64,000 bases of DNA from an uncultured Actinomycetota bacterium (GTDB taxonomy: Bacteria > Actinomycetota > Actinomycetes > JAHEKZ01). Every line of letters begins with the position of its first letter. Within the stretch, counting starts at the first letter, position 1. Both the position numbers and the translations under genes were made by a program. Below are positions 49,580 to 59,821 of the stretch, one piece after another. The DNA lies in contig CAWHIJ010000003.1 of NCBI GenBank assembly GCA_963829525.1, forward strand, positions 1,024,001 to 1,088,000, read 5' to 3'. The notes beneath the pieces are model-generated. The model had not been told where the DNA came from, searched no databases, and saw only the letters and a program-made list of their open reading frames with translations.

Positions 49580-50017
49580 TCAGGCAGCCACTTGTGGCGG
49601 TGACTGTTGTCGGTCGATGGCGCGCTGCCAGGTGTGGCGGGCCCAGGCGTTCTGGGCGAGGGCGGCCATCAGCACGATGACGGTCTGGTTGTGGAGACCC
49701 CAGGCGGGGAGTCGCCGGTTGTAGAAGGCGCGCTCGAACTGAGCGTTGAGTGACTCGGTGTCGGCCCGCATGCCGTAGACGCGGGAGTAGTCGGGGTCGG
49801 TCGGGGGTAGGACGCGCAGGTAGTCGCTGCGATTGAACTTGTGCGCCTCGTCCGTTTGCGTGGGGGTGAGCGGCTCCCACCAGTCGTGGATGTCGTCGGT
49901 GGTTCGGCAGGTCAGGGTGTGCCGGGCGTAGAACGCCCACGTCCCATCGGTCTTGCGGTCTCGTTTGGTCTGGTGGCGGGTGACTTCGACGAAGTCGAGG
50001 CTTCCGTCGAACTGCGG
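49580..50017 (-). pseudogene. 5'-truncated DDE-like transposase remnant
   Basis: About 145-codon frame with no start: ...FNRSDYLRVLPPTDPDYSRVYGMRADTESLNAQFERAF...; Y-x2-R-x3-E resembles the IS4-superfamily YREK motif. Confidence 0.6.
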
Positions 50018-50163
50018 TCACGCGGCAGTAAGTGCATGACGGGGCGATCTCTAGTGCTGAAACTTTGATGCGAGGTTGGATGGCTCGAGAGGCCGCACCA
50101 ATTCGGGTTGACCTCCACCCTTCGAGGCCTTCTTCTGCGTATATGAGCGGAGGAAGGAGCCTG

Positions 50164-50700
50164 ATGAGCTCGGAGGCGTGGGCGGAGCTGCGGGATTTCG
50201 TTGCCGCGCGAGGCCTGGCGCTATCTCGGACGGCGTTCTTGTTGACTGGTAGTGAGGCTGCGGCCGAGGACTTGGTTCAGGACACGTATGTGGATGTGGT
50301 GCGGCGGTGGCGTCGGATCGATCATTCCAATCCTGAGCTGTATGTGCGTCGGATCATGTACAGCCGGTTTGTGGATGGATTGCGTCGTCGCCGCCTTCGG
50401 GACTGGGCATTCACCACTGGTGATGTTGAGAGGTTGCCGTCAGCATCGTCACCGGGTCCTGAGGCTGGCGTGGTGGATCGGTTGACGTTTGAGAGGGCAC
50501 TGCAACTGTTGACGCCGCGGCAGCGCGCGGTGTTGGTATTGCGTTTCTACGACGACCTGTCGGAGGCGCAGACGGCGGAAGCGATGAAGGTCAGCCGCAA
50601 CACGGTCAAGAGCCAGACGCGGCTGGCGCTCCGTCGACTGTGTGAGTTGGCGCCGGATCTGGTGCCGTCGGTGTCGGATCTGTCTGAGGGGGTGGGCTGA
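50164..50700 (+). CDS. SigE-family ECF sigma factor
   Basis: FVAARG.AL.RTAFLLTG..AAEDLVQ, LTPRQRAVLVLRFYDDLSE..TA..M....TVKSQ; SD AAGGAG. Confidence 0.9.
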   Translation: MSSEAWAELRDFVAARGLALSRTAFLLTGSEAAAEDLVQDTYVDVVRRWRRIDHSNPELYVRRIMYSRFVDGLRRRRLRDWAFTTGDVERLPSASSPGPEAGVVDRLTFERALQLLTPRQRAVLVLRFYDDLSEAQTAEAMKVSRNTVKSQTRLALRRLCELAPDLVPSVSDLSEGVG

Positions 50701-50701
50701 C

Positions 50702-51411
50702 ATGAACACCCCGTTGCGGGACCGTTTCCAGCAGACCGCGATGAAGGTCCACGAGTTGGGCGACATCGACCGGGCGATCACCGTTGGCGTGGGACAGCAG
50801 GAACCGTACTGTCGCCATCACGACCGCGATCGCAGTAGCTGCGGTCGTCCTACTCGCCGCAGTGATCGTGAGCAGCCCGCTGAAAGGTGCCACCCCCGAA
50901 CCACTCCAACCACCCACCCCGACGCCAGTGTTTGGCTCAGACGTCAACGGCTGGCCGAGCACCGGGCACAACGCGCCAGGTTTCTACTCGCTCGACAACA
51001 AGATGTGCGGATCGATATCCAGGGGTGGCTACTGCAATGTCGGGTGGATGCACAACGGATATGGGTCCGGTGACGTCCAGATTTGGATGGAGGTACGTCC
51101 TGAGGATGGGGGCATCGCGGACGTTGACCCGGGGAGTGGATACCTCGAGAGGCGGCACCCGCGTGGTCGTCGCCGGGTACGAGGGGGTCCACCAAAGAAT
51201 CGCTGACGGACACGAAAGATGGATCGTCGTCATCGATGGACGCACGATCGCCATCGATCTCAAGGCAAAGCCCCGTACCAGCCGGGCGGACCTGGCCGAG
51301 GCCCACACCATCATCGACTCGATTCGCACGGCACCAACAGACAACGTCCTTAACGACCTCGGATACAAGCTCGTCTTCACCCTCACCAACAACGACTGGG
51401 ACTCAGGCTGA
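50702..51411 (+). CDS. Membrane-anchored putative anti-sigma partner (two frameshifts)
   Basis: MNTPLRDRF.. joins a TM segment (TAIAVAAVVLLAAVIV) and an extracellular domain across ORFs 50642, 50784 and 50887. Confidence 0.55.
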
Positions 51412-52169
51412 TGTTGATACAAATAGTGAAGTTCGCCCTTCTTTGCACCGGCGTCGTGCTTGCCGGTGGGTGCTCATCCACCGCACAGGACAGCAACGCC
51501 AATGCAGCGGCGACGACGCCAACCGAGGTGCGCGCATCTGCGAGACCGAGGACAGCTTGCCCGACGGCGTGTTGCCCTTGCCACAGCCCAGCGGCGGCGA
51601 CGACTTCGCCGTCCTACCCGCGGGCCGCTACCAGGTCCCGATCAGCGACACTCTGGCCTACCAGATCGACCTGCCGCAGGGCACTTACGCGTACGACGGT
51701 AAGTACCTCGCCTTCGATCAGGCACGACCGCAACGAATCGCCGGCATCCTGTACGTGGATGAGGCAGGCGACGGGACGGGCGTCTCTCGCGAACCCTGCA
51801 CAAAGCAGGATGAAATCGTGCCGGCGGGGAAGACCTTGGCGGCTCGTCACCGCGATCACCAACCAGCCGATTCTCGATGTGAGCGAGCCCGTGACAGCCG
51901 AGCTCGGCGGAGCGCGGGGGCTCTACCTAGAGGTTCGGATCCCCAAAGACTACAACGCATCCCGCTGCGGTGATGGCGAGATTGGGCTGGTCGGACGTTC
52001 GGGAATGATCCGAAACGCGCTCCCCGGCTACGTCGGTACGTGGTGGGTCCTCAATGTCGACGGGGAACGGATTCTGGTCCAGCCGTACTGCCCCGGACCG
52101 TGCCCCGACAACTCGACCGAGCACCTTAACGAAGTGGCCGAAACGATCACCTTCACGAAGCTCGGTTGA
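51411..52169 (+). CDS. Putative lipoprotein (two compensating frameshifts)
   Basis: Lipobox-like VLAGG-C; the middle part reads in the 51236 frame (LPAGRYQVP...). Confidence 0.55.
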   Translation: MLIQIVKFALLCTGVVLAGGCSSTAQDSNANAAATTPTEVRASARPRTACPTACCPCHSPAAATTSPSYPRAATRSRSATLWPTRSTCRRALTRTTVSTSPSIRHDRNESPASCTWMRQATGRASLANPAQSRMKSCRRGRPWRLVTAITNQPILDVSEPVTAELGGARGLYLEVRIPKDYNASRCGDGEIGLVGRSGMIRNALPGYVGTWWVLNVDGERILVQPYCPGPCPDNSTEHLNEVAETITFTKLG

Positions 52170-52560
52170 CGGTTCCGCCAACAAACGCCAGGAGACAGGG
52201 ACTCGGCGGAAGGCACTTCGAGGAGACGGCACATCGGCAAGGGCCTCCCGAGCCACAGGTGGCCTCGACCACGCCGCGGCGTCAGCACGTCATCAACCTA
52301 ACCCCCTTGCCGCATCATGGGTGGGGGGCGTCGAGCCAGGTGCCGGTGGGGGTCGGGGGGGGGGGGGGGGCAGATACTTGTGGCGGTACCTGTTGTCGGT
52401 CGATGGCCCCACGGCCAGGTCTGACGGATCGAGAGAGTTGGCCGGGTCACAGGTGAACAAGACCATACGGTTGGCATAGCCCCACCGGACGGCACTTCGG
52501 GCGCATCGGTAACAGGGCGGCCTTCTGTCCCTTCTGACAAACAGTCCCTTGGCGGTGTGG

Positions 52561-53130
52561 TCAGCCGGTATGTGCGGACAGGCGCTTGCGCATGGTGACG
52601 AGTGGCACCGCGGTGCCACCCGCTGAGTCCTCCAGGTCCGCGATGGCCGTGAATCCCGCTGCCTCGTAGAGCGGTCGTCCCGCCAATGTGGACACCAACT
52701 CAAGCGTCCGGAATCCCTCCGCCGCTGCGTGGTCCTCGCAGGTCCGAAGCACGAGTCTCCCGACGCCGCGACGCACGTAACTCGGGTGGGTGTACATGGC
52801 GCGGACTCGGGCCGGGTCGGTTGCTGGGTCAAGGAGTGCGGAGTTGCGGCCGCCGGAGTGATCGCCGCCGTACATCGTGGCCCGTCTGCTCCACCCACCA
52901 CAGCCTGCGACGATGCCGCCGACCTCGACGAGGTAGTAGGTGCCGTCGGCAATGAGCTGTCGATCGATTCCCATGATGGCGTGACTCGAGGCGATCTGCG
53001 CGTCGTCGAGGAATCCCCGCTGGAGCACGTCGATGGCCAACTCGACCAACGGCGCCAGGCGGGACATGTCGTCGATGCGGGCCGGTCGGATCGTCAGGTC
53101 GTCCTCGGGAAGACGGTCAGTCTTGTTCAT
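52561..53130 (-). CDS. GNAT acetyltransferase
   Basis: GCGGWSRRATMYGGD, RAMYTHP..RRGVG, TLAGRPLY. Confidence 0.88.
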   Translation of the reverse strand: MNKTDRLPEDDLTIRPARIDDMSRLAPLVELAIDVLQRGFLDDAQIASSHAIMGIDRQLIADGTYYLVEVGGIVAGCGGWSRRATMYGGDHSGGRNSALLDPATDPARVRAMYTHPSYVRRGVGRLVLRTCEDHAAAEGFRTLELVSTLAGRPLYEAAGFTAIADLEDSAGGTAVPLVTMRKRLSAHTG

Positions 53131-54113
53131 TTCGGTGGTCCCCACAGGTCCGTGCTCAGGTACTTCATCCCCGAGTCGGCCAGAACAATCGCCACGGTTT
53201 CCCCGGCCCCAGGTCCGATCAGCCACTGCTCTGCGGCGGCGAGACATGCGCCGGCTGAGAATCCGGCCAGGATGCCCTCGTATCGCGCAAGCCGTCGCGC
53301 GGCTTCCATCGCTTCGTCGTCGTTGACCGTGAGGTAGCCGTCGACAAGGTGCTCCTCGAGCAGCGGTAGGTCCGTCATTGCGTAGCCACCGCCCTGGATG
53401 CGGTGTGATGGATCGGACGGAGGTTGACCCGCCAATACGGGCGCACCGGCCGGTTCAACTACCAGACAGGTGATCGCCTGCCTCTGCTCCTTCAGAAACC
53501 GTGCCACGCCGGCAAAGGTGCCGCCAGTGCCCACGAAGTCGCAGAACATGTCGACAGCGCCGCCGCTCTGCGCCCAGATCTCGGCCGCCGTGCGGTCGTG
53601 GTGAGCGGACGCGTTACCCGACAGATGGAACTGGTCAGCGCGAAAGGCGGCCCGCTCTGTGGCGGTGCGCGCCGCAACTTGTTCGACGAGAGCAAGGTCC
53701 TCGCCCGTCACATGACCGTCAAGCGATCCGTCGCCCTGGTCGACCAAGATCACCTCGGCACCCAGTGCGCGCATCATCTGCTCCCGTTCGCGTGAGTTTC
53801 CGGCCGACATCACCGCGACGAACGGATAGCCCTTCACCGCGCAGACCACGGCCAGTCCCGTGCCCGTGTTTCCGCTCGTGAGTTCGACCACGGTCTGCCC
53901 CGGTTGCAGCCTGCCGGATGTCTCAGCGTCTTCGATCATCCGCAGAGCGATTCGGTCCTTCTTCGACCCACCCGGGTTGAGGTATTCCAACTTCGCCAGG
54001 ATGCGACCGTTCAAGCCGCGACCGATCCGGACCAACTCGACCAGCGGTGTGTTACCGATGCTGGTGAGGACGGAAGGATCGACGCCACGACCCATGGGGC
54101 CTTCAACGGTCAC
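53127..54113 (-). CDS. PLP-dependent cysteine synthase family protein
   Basis: IGNTPLV, KLEYLNPGGSKKDR, ELTSGNTG, GTGGT, DSGMKYLST. Confidence 0.9.
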   Translation of the reverse strand: MTVEGPMGRGVDPSVLTSIGNTPLVELVRIGRGLNGRILAKLEYLNPGGSKKDRIALRMIEDAETSGRLQPGQTVVELTSGNTGTGLAVVCAVKGYPFVAVMSAGNSREREQMMRALGAEVILVDQGDGSLDGHVTGEDLALVEQVAARTATERAAFRADQFHLSGNASAHHDRTAAEIWAQSGGAVDMFCDFVGTGGTFAGVARFLKEQRQAITCLVVEPAGAPVLAGQPPSDPSHRIQGGGYAMTDLPLLEEHLVDGYLTVNDDEAMEAARRLARYEGILAGFSAGACLAAAEQWLIGPGAGETVAIVLADSGMKYLSTDLWGPPK

Positions 54114-54504
54114 CGCTCTAATGTACGGCCCTGCTGCCCGGGCCCCCCTGGGTTTCTAGCGCTGGCAGACCACGCGTGCCGCTGGGTATAGCTCGGTGTC
54201 GAGGGGGAACGCCCTTATGCGCCACTCGCGATCACACGTCCCAGTCCTCGAGGCGTCCGGTGATGTCTGTGTCGTTCACTTCCCGCGAGGGCGTGGCGTT
54301 CGAACCCCATGCGGGCCACCGGCTCGTCGCCGCGGCCATAGGTCCACATTTTTCCTGGCTGAGAGGCCTGCTCGCAGGGTACTGGACGCGTCGAGGGGAA
54401 TCCGATCGGACAGCGCTTGTGCTTCCGGATCCGGTTAGATCCACTTCCAAAGCTCCCTCGCGCCCTAGGGAACTCACTGGTCAAGTGGTTCGCCTGGGGT
54501 TTCA

Positions 54505-54704
54505 CGCACGTCCTACGGGGGCTACGGGGGCAGGACGTGCGGCAATTCCTTGTGGGAAACCCCTTGGAGCCTGCCGCGACCTGGTCAGATCGGGGCGGAT
54601 CAAGTGTAGGGGGCTGGATTCTGAGGTGCTTTGGCCCCAAGGCGAGTGTCAGCGGGTCGTTTCTCGACCCCCGGATCCGCGAGCGGGCGCGGCTGAGCCA
54701 GGTG
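54505..54704. repeat. A/B junction: inverted ends around a doubled target, plus element end copy 2
   Basis: CGCACGTCC-TACGGGGGC-TACGGGGGC-AGGACGTGCG; next 80 nt about 90% identical to copy 1 by eye, patchy similarity to 54704. Confidence 0.88.
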
Positions 54705-54806
54705 CCTTGGCGGCCCGCCTTTGGCTTCGATCCGATGTCGAGTTGTGGAAGCGGAGCCGCGTGATTGGCTGAACTCTTCCGGCGTGCGATCATCAGCCGG
54801 CCGCCA

Positions 54807-55555
54807 TCATGACGTCGGCGAGTGAGTCGACGCAAGCAGCTGGTCAGCCAGGTGGACGGCGATCTTCCGCTGGGCACGTGATGGTCGGACGACGCGGTCG
54901 CCGCTCGACACGATGAAACACCCGTGGCTCCCATCGTGCGGGACGATCGCCACCTCGACGCTGGTGGGTAGTCCGTCTCGGTCGACATCGACGACGTGGC
55001 TGTCAAGCCGTACCTGACCGTCGGACCCCAGCGCCGGCACCCGGGGATCCGTCGGAGCCTTCGACGCATAGCGACACGAGGAGACTCCGAGAACGAGTGC
55101 AATGCGGCTGGCGATCGCCGATGAGACCGTGGTGTCTCCCGCTGCGTTCTTCGCCAGAGTTGCGGTCTCGAGCACCCCGTCGAGGTATCCGGCCTCACGG
55201 CTTGCTCGCGCAGCCTGTCGTCGTCCCCACAGGGCGAGCTCGGTTGCGGCTGCCCCGATGACGACGAGCAGCACAGCCGCCTCGACCTCGTCCGGGTTGT
55301 CGATGGTCAAGGTCTGGTATGGCTGCGTGAGAAAGAAGTCGAACCAGATGCCCGCGCCTAGGGCGGCGACGAGCCCGGCAACGCGGTCGCCCGCCGCCGC
55401 GACGGCGAGCACGATGACGACTAGACGAGAACCGCCGTGGATGAGCTGATTGACTCGCGGGCCAGAGCCAGAAGAGCGGCGACCCCGAGTGGTGCTGCGA
55501 GGGCGAACCAGATCAGTCGCGTCCGCGGGATGGTGGCCGATGTTTCGGTGAGCAT
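54807..55555 (-). CDS. DUF4118 (KdpD TM-like) membrane protein (frameshift near 55425)
   Basis: G..AGLVAAL...WFDFFLTQPYQTLTI; N-terminus lies in the 55421-55624 frame. Confidence 0.7.
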
Positions 55556-55690
55556 GGGACCCTCCAAGCCGTGTCCGTATTCCGGACATCCCCAGTGTGA
55601 CGCGTTCATCACCCGGCGGCGCAATTCTTGACGTCATCCTTACGGGCGCGTCTCCACGGCGAACCCTCGAGCCGACAAGAGACTGGCCGC

Positions 55691-56648
55691 ATGCTGCGCA
55701 TGCAGGTGTTCGTCCCCACAGAGCTGACCGACGAGGTCACCGCAGTCTTCACAAACGAGCCGGCCGTCAGTGGACTGGCCGTGATGCGCGGGGCTGCAGT
55801 GCGTCCCGCCGGTGACGTGGTGCTGGCCGAGGTCGCCCGGGAGGCGGCGAACGGCGTGATCGACATGCTCCACGACCTCGGAGTGCACCGACGCGGCTCG
55901 CTCCACTCGAGCAGGTCAACGCCTGGATCTCGCGTGAGGGCCGGAGGCGGAGACCAGCGCACCCGGAAGCAGCGCGGACGCCGTCGCGCGGGCCGACGTG
56001 ACTCATCGCGCGTACGCGGACGCCGAGCTGAACTGGACCTATCTCGGCTTCATGACTCTCGCCACGCTGATCGCGGGAATCGCGATCGTGCTCGACTCGC
56101 AGGTCCTCGTCATCGGTGCGATGGTCCTCGGTCCCGAGTTCGGTCCGATCGCCGCGCTGGGGGTCGCTCTGGTTCGTCGCCGTTACCACCTGTTGCAGCT
56201 GTCGACTCGAACACTGCTGATCGGCTTCGCAGTCGCAATCGCTTTGACGACGCTTGCCTCGTTGCTGGGACGCTGGCTGGGATGGATCGAGCCCTGGCAG
56301 GTCAGCGGGGCTCGACCGCTCACCGCCTTCATCTACAGCCCGGACAAATGGTCATTCATCGTCGCGATCGTCGCTGCCGCCGCCGGTGTGCTGTCGTTGA
56401 CCTCCGAGCGAGTGGGGGGCCTCTCGGGAGTCTTCATCTCCGTGACCACGGTGCCCGCTGCAGGCAACATCGCTCTCGGCCTGGCGTTCGGCCAGTGGAA
56501 CGAGGTGCGCGGCAGTGCCGCGATGCTGGCCATCAACCTCACCGGCATGGCGCTAGCCGGTTGGGCCACGCTTGCCCTCCAGCAGGCGGTCTGGCACGGG
56601 GTGGTGTCGAGGCGTCGACGTCGAAGGCCTGCCGCGGGCACCGACTGA
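55691..56648 (+). CDS. DUF389 membrane protein (frameshifts near 55910-55990)
   Basis: DS.VLVIGAMVLGPEFGPI, GVFISVTTVPAA; N-domain EVAREAANGVI. Confidence 0.78.
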
Positions 56649-56670
56649 TCGTTCTCATTCGCCCACGGAA

Positions 56671-56768
56671 CACGCACGTCCAACGGGGGCGGGACGTGCG
56701 GAATTCCTTTGTGGGAAAACCGTTGGACCCTGCCGCCCGGAAGCACCGTGGGCGACTGGTCGGATCAA
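56671..56768. repeat. B/C junction: inverted ends around a single target, plus decayed element end copy 3
   Basis: CACGCACGTCC-AACGGGGGCG-GGACGTGCGGAATTCCTTTGTGGGAAAACC..TGGACCCTGCCGC...CTGGTCGGATCAA. Confidence 0.85.
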
Positions 56769-56813
56769 TGTCGTTCAACTCCAGGGGCCGGGCCCTTCGC
56801 CTGGGATCGGCAG

Positions 56814-57859
56814 ATGCTCCGGAGTTCCGCAAGCCCACGATCGAGCAGCTCGCGACGGTGATCAAGCCGATCTGGGAGGAGCTCGTCGGTGGCGGGGTAC
56901 GCCCACGACCGGCTGATGGAGATCTGGGCCGAGCACCGCCCGGACGTGATCGTCTCCGACAACGTGGTGGGCTTCGCGGCGGTGCCCCTGGCCGGTGTGC
57001 CGTGGGTTCGGATGGTCTCGGCGAACCCACTGGAGATGGAAGCCCCCGACCTGCCACCGCCGTTCTCGGGTCTGCCCACAGACGACCCACGCGGATGGGC
57101 GGAGTTCACGGCGGAGTACCGCCGACTGCACGACCCGTCGATCGCGGAGCTCAGCGAGCTTCAACGTGTCGGTGGGCGCCGACCCTTTGCCCGAGGGCCA
57201 CTTCCAGTACAACTCGCCGTACGCCAACCTGTACCTGTTCCCGGAGGTGATGGACTACCCGCGGCCGACCCGCTCGACTCCACGTGGACACCGCCTCGAC
57301 ACCACGGTTCGCACCGGCGAGGAGCCCTTCGACGTCGACTCGGTGCTGCCGGGTGACGGCAAGGTGGTCTACCTGTCGATGGGGAGCCTGGGCTGCAACG
57401 ATCTCGGAGCTGATGCAGCGACTCATCGACGCGCTCGACCAGACCCCCCACCGGGTGATCGTGAGCATGGGCCCGCTCGAGGACCAGATGGAGCTCGGGG
57501 AGCGGATGTGGGGCGGGAGTTCCTGCCGCAGCCGTCGATCCTGCCGCAGTGCGACCTGCTGATCACCCACGGCGGCAACAACACGGTGACCGAAGGGTTC
57601 AACTTCGGACTGCCGATGATCGTGCTGCCCGCTGTTCTGGGACCAGTACGACAACGCGCAGCGGGTGCAGGAGCGGGGCTTCGGTCGGCGGCTCGACACG
57701 TACGGGGCCACGCAGGACGAGATCGTCACGGCGGTGGACGAGCTGCTCGCCGACAGCGCCCTCAAAGCCCGGATGACGGAGATCTCCCGCCAGCTGCAGG
57801 CCGCCCCCGCCCAGGAACGGGCGGCAGATGTCGTCGAGCAGCTGGCCGACGGCACGTGA
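56814..57859 (+). pseudogene. UDP-glycosyltransferase (MGT-like), N-terminus missing, several frameshifts
   Basis: RPDVIVSDNV, VYLSMGSLG, LPQPSILPQCDLLITHGGNNT..E, WDQYDNA.R spread over three frames. Confidence 0.75.
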
Positions 57860-57995
57860 CTACCTAAGAGAGTCCGGTGGACGCGTGAGGAGTCGCTAGC
57901 GGTTCTCCTCGTCGATCACATCGAGGACCGGGCAGCCCAGGGCGGCGGTGGAGCACTGCCGGGGAGTGGCATCGCATGCCCCGACAGCGCGACCG

Positions 57996-58457
57996 TCAAT
58001 CCAAGCAGAACTCGTTGCCTTCTGGGTCGGTCATCACGATGTGCCCGGCGCTCATCGGGGGTTCGGGCTCGTAGCGGCGAACCCGCGTCGCCCCCAGCGA
58101 GACGAGTCGGTCGCACTCGACCTCCAACGCCGCCATCCGCTCCTCCCCCTCAAGCTCGGGAGCCGCCCGAACGTCGAGATGCACACGGTTCTTGGCGGCC
58201 TTGTCCTCGGGCACCTGCTGGAAGAACAAGCGTGGTCCATGTCCATCGGGGTCCTCAATCGCCGATCGCGTGTTGCGCTGGTCTTCCGGTACGCCGACCC
58301 TGGCCAGGAACTGATCCCACGCGGCCAGTGGGTCAGTGCCCCCCGGCAGGGAAACGCCGGGCGGACCTGGGTGGACGTAGTCCAAGACATCGCGCCAGAA
58401 CGATGACAGCGCTCGCGGATCGTGGGCATCGAAGGTGACCTGGAGATGACGGCTCAT
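57996..58457 (-). CDS. VOC/glyoxalase family protein
   Basis: QVTFDAHDP.AL..FW, PRLFFQQVPE.K..KNRVHLDV, DPEGNEFC. Confidence 0.9.
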   Translation of the reverse strand: MSRHLQVTFDAHDPRALSSFWRDVLDYVHPGPPGVSLPGGTDPLAAWDQFLARVGVPEDQRNTRSAIEDPDGHGPRLFFQQVPEDKAAKNRVHLDVRAAPELEGEERMAALEVECDRLVSLGATRVRRYEPEPPMSAGHIVMTDPEGNEFCLD

Positions 58458-58629
58458 GACAGGGAGGGTGCCAGAACAACCCCTTGGTAATCGAGCGCGT
58501 GTTCCCGATCAGCAAACCTCTCGGGCGGATCGGGGCATAGCTGCCGAGCCCGGCGCAGTAGCCTCCGGACATGCCCAAGTACGGACAGGTCGGTGAGGTC
58601 CCCCGCGACCTGGAAGGGCGGGTCGCACG

Positions 58630-59756
58630 GTGACAGACGGCCAGACGGAGGGGCCCGACGCCAACGGGGCGGATCCTGCATCGGCGCCACGAAGTCCGAC
58701 CGCTCGGTGGCCGCACGGATCCTGTTCAACCGACGCGTGGTCAAGGCCGTTGGGATACTCATCGTTATCGGCCTGATCTACTACTCCTTCTTCGTGGTGC
58801 TCCCCAGCGAGGTCAACTGGTCGGAACTGTGGGCCGACATCCAGGACCTCAGCGCCGGCGAGATTCTGAGCCTGACCGCCGCGGGGCTGCTGACGATGGT
58901 CGCTCTGGGCTGGGCATCCAAAGCGTCGCTGCCAAGGCTGAGCCCTGTACCGGGGTTCGAGTCTTCGGCGACCAGCCAGCTCAGTGCCTTCGCCTTCCCG
59001 CCACCTGCAGACCTCGCCATCCGCTTCGCGATGTACCGGACGTATGGATTCACCGACGAGCAGTCGGCGGTCGCCGTCCTGATCGCCATGGTGGCCCGCT
59101 ACGCGATCGTGGTTCTCATGCCGGTGCTCGGACTGGCGGCAGTGCTCGTCACTGGACAGGGCACCTGGACCGGGTTCTGGTGGTTCCTCGGATTGGGGAT
59201 CACCTTCGTGATTGTGCTGTGGCTGATCATCCGAGTGGTACGCAGCGAGGCGGCTGCGCACGCCACAGGACGATTGGTGCAGCGGTCCGCGAGCTGGGTG
59301 ATCACAAGGTTTCACCACACACCGCCCGACGACCTGGAGAACAGCGTTGTGAAGTTCGGTGCCCGGACCAGGGGCACGATCGACACCAACGGGCGCGCCC
59401 TCGTCGTCTCGAACCTCGCGTGGGGGCTGGCGAACGCGTTGGTCATGGCCTTGGCTCTGCGGTTCTCCGGGCTCGGTCATGAGGCGGTCACCAGCGCCGC
59501 TGTGTTGCTGACCACGGGACTGGTGATGGCGATCAACATGCTGCCGATCCCTGGCAAGGACGCGCTCGCAGTCACCTGGCTCGCCGGTGTCTTGAGCCTG
59601 ACGAGCAGCGCGGACTCGTCCGCGCTGGCAACTGCACTGCTGCTCTACCGCATAGTCACCTGGCTGTTGCCGATGCCGGTTGGCGGGATCACCTTCTTCG
59701 CGTGGCGGTACCGAGTGCGTCGGGACAAGGTGACGACGGTGTCGACAACCTCCTGA
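58630..59756 (+). CDS. Lysylphosphatidylglycerol synthase TM / flippase-like membrane protein (start uncertain)
   Basis: About 8 TM segments, ALLLYRIVTWLLPMPVG; probable indel near the 5' end. Confidence 0.7.
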
Positions 59757-59821
59757 CCCCGCGCTTGGATAGGCCGTGGGCGCCAGACGGAACAAGGAAC
59801 AAGGAACATAGGTGAGAGACG

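Larger units (their letters stand above)
49382..54513. mobile_element. Element A, about 5.1 kb cargo element at the tRNA-Arg 5' end
   Basis: GGACGTGCG...CGCACGTCC inverted ends, flanked by TACGGGGGC direct repeats; contains a transposase remnant and unrelated cargo genes. Confidence 0.75.
54532..56681. mobile_element. Element B, about 2.15 kb non-autonomous cargo element
   Basis: Same inverted ends and ACGGGGGC flanks; only two membrane-protein genes inside. Confidence 0.72.

Noticed and set aside
52355-52370. G16 homopolymer as a phase-variation tract
   Set aside because: It lies between convergent genes, not in a promoter or credible CDS, and homopolymer length is unreliable in this indel-rich region.
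55628-57250. 540-aa ORF crossing the B/C junction
   Set aside because: A chimera of frameshifted DUF389 and glycosyltransferase pieces read through a non-coding repeat.
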